From the NCBI GenBank assembly GCA_048213135.1, contig PS015198.1, positions 24,102-62,893 of the forward strand: a stretch of DNA of 38,792 nucleotides. The letters are read 5' to 3'. Position numbers and translations under genes: made by a program. The DNA is from Reclinomonas americana ATCC 50394 (taxonomy: Eukaryota). The notes under the pieces are model-generated. The model saw only the letters and a list, made by a program, of their open reading frames with translations. It ran no database searches and had not been told where the DNA came from. Of this stretch, positions 33,966-38,792 are shown piece by piece; the first letter of the stretch is position 1, and each line of letters opens with the position of its first letter.

Positions 33966-36900
33966 AGTGACCCCCAGCCCGCCACGCCCATGCAAGAAGA
34001 CGACTCTGCTGCGCCTCTACCTGCCTCTTCTTCCGCGCCAGATACCACTGCCAGCGGCGACTCAATGGGACCTCCTCCCGTTGTCGTTTCCGCACCATCA
34101 CTTTGTTGCGTAATTGCTATTGCCTTTCGATGGCAGTGCACGCTGTCTGCTTTTACTTTCTCGTTCTCCCTTCATCATGTGCCTTCATTTGCTGACATTC
34201 ACTCAGCCGTCTCTGCTCTCCATCTCCTCGTGATCGCATGCATCGCAAGCGCTTATCTTCCCTCATTTTCAGCCACAATTTCCCTTTATCTGTTCTCGCA
34301 CGCAGCACGTGTTTGCTTGTTGTCGTGTGACTTGCATCCGTGCGTCGCTCTCTCATGCACATTGATTTTCTGTCCCTTTTCCCGTCCTCAATTCACCTCC
34401 CACTCCCTTTCCCCTTTCCCCCCTTTCCCCCTTTCCCCCTTTCCCCCCTTTCCCCCTTTCCCCCCTTCCCCCATTTCCCCTCTTCCCCCCTTCCCCTTCC
34501 CCCTCACCCACCCCTCCCCTTTTTNNNNNNNNNNNNNNNNNNNNNNNNNNNNNNNNNNNNNNNNNNNNNNNNNNNNNNNNNNNNNNNNNNNNNNNNNNNN
34601 NNNNNNNNNNNNATAAGGGGAAGGGGATAAGGTGGAGAGACGCAGTCATAGGCAGTGAGAATGAGGTGCGCAGTAAGCGAAGGTTCCACCCTCAGCTCAC
34701 TGTCTATCTCTCTAGCTGTCTCTCTTGCTCATTCTCCAGCCTCTCGCTCTCTTTGTCTCTCTGTCTCTTTCCGCCTCGCTCTCTTTCCTATCTAGTTCTC
34801 TTTATGGGTGGAGAATGAGCCAGGTAAGGGAGAACGAGGCAAAGAGAGATGAGGAGAGAGTGAGAGAGACGGAGAGAAAGAGAAACGAAAGAGAGAGAGA
34901 AAGAGAACAAGGGGCTTCTCTCTGCCACTCTCTTTCTCTTGTCTCTGCCTTGCTCACCTTTTCTCTCGTTCTCTACGCGAGTTGAAAGTGAGCTAGATAG
35001 AGAGAGAACGAGGCAGTGAGTGAAAGAGATCAAGGGGCTTCTCTCTGCCACTCTCTTTCTCTATCACGCTCTTTCTTGTCCCCCTCTCTCTACCTCGCTC
35101 ATTCTTCATCCCGTCCCTCTGTCTTGTTCTCTCTCTCTTTCTCTCTCTCACACACACACTCACTCTGCTTCGCTCACTTTCCTTTGTCGTTCTCTTCATG
35201 GGTGGAGATTGAGCCGGACAGAGAGATAAAGAGAGAGAGAGAGAGTGAGAGACTGTGCGAGAGAGTGAGAGTGAGAGAAAGAACAAGGGCTTCCCTCTGC
35301 AACCTCTTTCTTCTATCGGGGTGGAGAATGTGCGATGGAGAAAGAGAATGATGCAGGGAGAGAGGGTCTCTCTCTGCCTCGATCTCTCTCTCTCTCTTCT
35401 CTGCCTCTCTCTCTCTCTCTTCTTCTCGTTCTCTGCTCGGGTGGAGGATGAGTGAGAGATAAGAAAAATGACGCTCTGAGAGAGAGAGAGGTCCTCCCTC
35501 TGCCTCGTTCTCTTTCTCTGTTTCTCTGTCTCTCTCGCTCTCTCTTTGTCGCATTACGCATGTCCCTGGAATGCATTCACATTCCCTACTCTCCCCCAAT
35601 CCCACTCACTCCTCATCTTGCATTGCAGCGACGTGCGCTTCAGTGTGGCGGTCGACCGGCACGCGGAGCACGTGGTGGGAGTGATGCCGCCCAAGCCGCC
35701 ACCGACGGGCGAGGAGGAGGCGGTGGATTTTGCGGCGTTTGGGACGAGGGGGGAGAGGAGGAAGGATGGGAGGGGGAGACTAATGACGATGCTGGAGGGT
35801 GCGTAAGAGGAGAGTGAAGGGGAAGGGGAAGGGATAGGGAAAGGCAGGGGATAGAAATGGGAAGGGATGTGGAAAGGGAAATCAAGCTGGAATGTTGCAG
35901 GGAGGAAAGAGTTGTGTGTGGGAAGGGATGTGGAAAGGGAAATCGAGTTGGAAGGGTGCCGGGAGGAAAGAGTTGTGTGTGGGAAGGGATGTGGAAAGGG
36001 AAATCGAGTTGGAAAGGTGAAGGGAAGAAAGAGTTGTGTGTTAGGGAGTGAGATGGAATGAGAGATATTGTTGCCAAAGCAGTTTGCAAGAAGAGGGCAC
36101 ATGCTGGTTGCAAGGCTGTGCGTCTTCTTCAAGGACCTGAGAAGTTGCATACATTGAGTTGGACTTGTAGGTTTTTGTTAGTGCATGTGGCAGGGACAAG
36201 AAATGGCACGCCTTGATAGAATGATAGGACTGAAGCGCTGAGGGGCATTGTGTGTGAGAGACAGAACATTCGTGCCTCGGGGAGTGATTGGAGTTCTGAT
36301 TGATTTTTTGTGAAAGAGGGAGAGAGAGTAAGGGAGGGGGCGTGAGGACATGAGAATGCGAGTGCTTGATGATGACGATTCCGAGCTTCTCTCATGCCGT
36401 GCTCACTCTCCTCCCACAGAAAACATCGTCGCTGGGCCCCTCAGTTCTGCACGTGGCTCTATTCGCAAGCCGGAGGATGTACTGCGTGCTGAACATGCCG
36501 CCCTCATGTCACGAGTGCGTTTCGCGGCGCCGCGGTTGTCGTCGGCGCTAGGTGTGCGTGATCTTGCTACGTATGTGGCGCTCCATGAAGGTGTGTTTTG
36601 GGGGAGAGGGGAAGGGACAGGAAAGGGTCTGTGTGAAGCAGAGGGCTCACGCAAGGCATGAGGCTGCCTAACGATCTCTCTCTTTGCCCCATTCCCTTTG
36701 CCCTTGTTTCTCTCTCTTTCTTCATTTTGTCGCATACGCGCTGTACAATCGCGCAAATATGAGCACCGAGAGATGAGAGAGTAGGACAAGCAGTGTCCCT
36801 CTGCCAGTTTACTCTCATGCCGCTTGTCTCTACTCTTGTTTAATCCTGTGTTTTTTTGCATTCGTGTTTCGATATGAGGCAGCCTCTCTCTTTCTTTCAT

Positions 36901-38121
36901 TCACTCTCTCTTTCCTCCCTCAAGCAGCTTTTGTGCGTTGTCCGTCTGTCTTTCGTGTGAATTCTGCCACTCTCGCGTTCTCTCACTCTCTCTCGTTTCC
37001 GCACTCATTTGTGCGTCTGTGCGGCAAAGAGAGAGAGAGAGAGCGTGAGAGAGAGAGGCTGTCAGGCAGCATGAGAGCAAAACTAAGAGAGACGCACGGT
37101 CATAAGCACAAACTATATCAAAAGACATCCTGACAGCACTTCGCGTTCTCCGTCTCCATCTCTCTCTCTCTCTCTGTGGGTGTGCGTGTGTGCTTTGCTC
37201 ACTTTCTCTCTCTCTCTCTCTCCCTTTGCCCGCCTTTTCCCACTCACCCTCACCCTCGCCTCCGCCAGACGCATGGGCCTCCGTTATCAAATCCATTGGC
37301 GTACCGCACATCTCCCTCGACGGTACGTGACAATCCCTTTCACCCCGCCCCCTTTCCCCCTTTCCCCCCTTTCCCTCACCACCCACGGCAGACGTTCACC
37401 CACTCTTCGGCTTCGTGTCGGCCAACAAGCGCGACATTTTGTGGCGCCTGGAGGAGTACTCGCTGCCGGAGGTCGTGGCCGTGCACGCGGTGGAGATTCT
37501 GAATGGCGCGCTCGGCGACGGCGGCCTGCAGGATCGCAGCGTGCACGACTCGTTTTTCACGGAGGTGGCGCCGGAGTTTGTGGCTGACTGCCGCGAGCTG
37601 GTGGAGGAGCATGAGCGGGAGCTGGACGAGTGTCAGTATCGGCGTGATGCGGCGATTGCGGGGGTGGATGTCAATGTGCAGGCCGAGATGGAGCAGTTGG
37701 AGAATGATTTCGAGGTTGGTGGGGAGAAGTAGGGGAAGGGGGAAGGGAGAAGTAGGGAAAGGGAGAAGGGAGAGAGGGGAAAGAGGAAGCGGAAAGGGGA
37801 AAGGGGGAAGAGAAAGGAGCGTGAGAGAGAGAAAGAGAAAGAGAGAGACTGGATAGTTAACATGCAGGATTTGTCGCTGGCAGCATTACTGAGAGAGAAA
37901 GGATCCAGACAACGAGAAGGAAGAGGAGGAAGTGATCGAAGTAGGCATTGTTCGTTTCGATCCTCCGCCCTTTCGTTCTCACCCTTCCCCTTCCACAGGA
38001 CGCCGTGGAACGAGTGCGAGAGAACATGCTGCAGCAGCTGAAGGAGCGACTGCAACGCATGGTGGTAGTGCGCGACGCGGCGCTTGACTATCCGCGTCGT
38101 AAAATGCCCGTGGGGCGCTAA
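33966..38121 (+). CDS. Hypothetical protein with an acidic helical/coiled-coil C-terminus (partial model)
   Basis: Coding-like exons at about 33966-34079, 35629-35736, 36420-36551, 37269-37322, 37392-37714 and 37999-38121 (TAA). The last four are phase-consistent. Another exon may lie in gap 34525-34612. Confidence 0.65.
35858..36040. repeat. About 60-bp tandem repeat, 3 copies, intronic
   Basis: gggaagggatgtggaaagggaaatc.ag.tggaa...gaaagagttgtgtgt is repeated. Confidence 0.85.
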
Positions 38122-38792
38122 TGTGTTGAATGAACGAGAGGATGAGTGTTCTGGACATGAGGGAGGGGAGAGTGAGCTGTGCCACTGTACAAGTCAAGGA
38201 GAACTTGATTACGCTCGAAATCGATTGCAAAACGTTGAAGGAGCGTGCTCGGATCAGTGCTTGCGCAGACAACAGTCGAGGAGAGCAAGATAGCGCTCGA
38301 AAATGGATTGCAAAACATTGCAGCAGCGTGCTGCTGCTGTATGCTTGCGAAGAGTAAAGTCAAGGAGAACATGATTCCGCTCTGACTGGGTTGCATGAGC
38401 ACTGAATACAACGGATTGACAGCGTGCGTGCTCCTGTGCGCGAGAAAAGGCGACGATAGCAGTCCTGCGCTTGAGGACGAGTATGCATCTCGCCACTTTC
38501 TCTCTCTCATTTTCCCTCTGTCTGTCTGGCTTTCTGTCTCGTTCTATTAGTCGTTCATATTTCCTGCTGTACACTCCCCACCTCTTTCTGTTTTTCCTCC
38601 TCCTTCCTTCTAGCTCTCTCTCCTCCTCCTCTCACCCTGTTCCTCTCTCCTCCCCCTTCCCCTTCCCCTTTCCCCCTTCCCCCCCATCCCCCTCCCCCCT
38701 TCCCTACCCTTAACTATTCATTACATTGTCGTTATGAAAATCTATCTCTTCTCTTTACCTTTTTCCGCCTCACATGGTCATCACCACATCCG

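Overview
Eukaryotic (protist-like) draft scaffold with N-gaps, microsatellite-rich introns and the standard genetic code. By hand-splicing I reconstructed about eight protein-coding loci. These are a CaCA/CCX-type cation exchanger (5' part, plus a tandem partial duplicate), a small coiled-coil gene, a large multi-exon receptor-like gene, an LCM-family SAM methyltransferase with a same-strand secreted-protein gene fragment inside one intron, a Vps41-like gene, a fatty-acid-hydroxylase/sterol-desaturase gene and an unknown gene. Two observations stand out. (1) ORFs that look separate at 4994-9731 splice into one gene of about 1160 codons: signal peptide, EGF repeats, 7 WD40 repeats, TM helix, coiled coil, a DZIP3-like HEPN domain with an RxxxxH motif, and a Ser/Thr kinase. 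This is a candidate surface receptor kinase carrying an RNase-type domain. (2) About one third of the traced introns use a 5' splice site shifted by one base (GTTGCGT type), mostly when the last exon base is not G. All gene models are manual inferences without transcript evidence.
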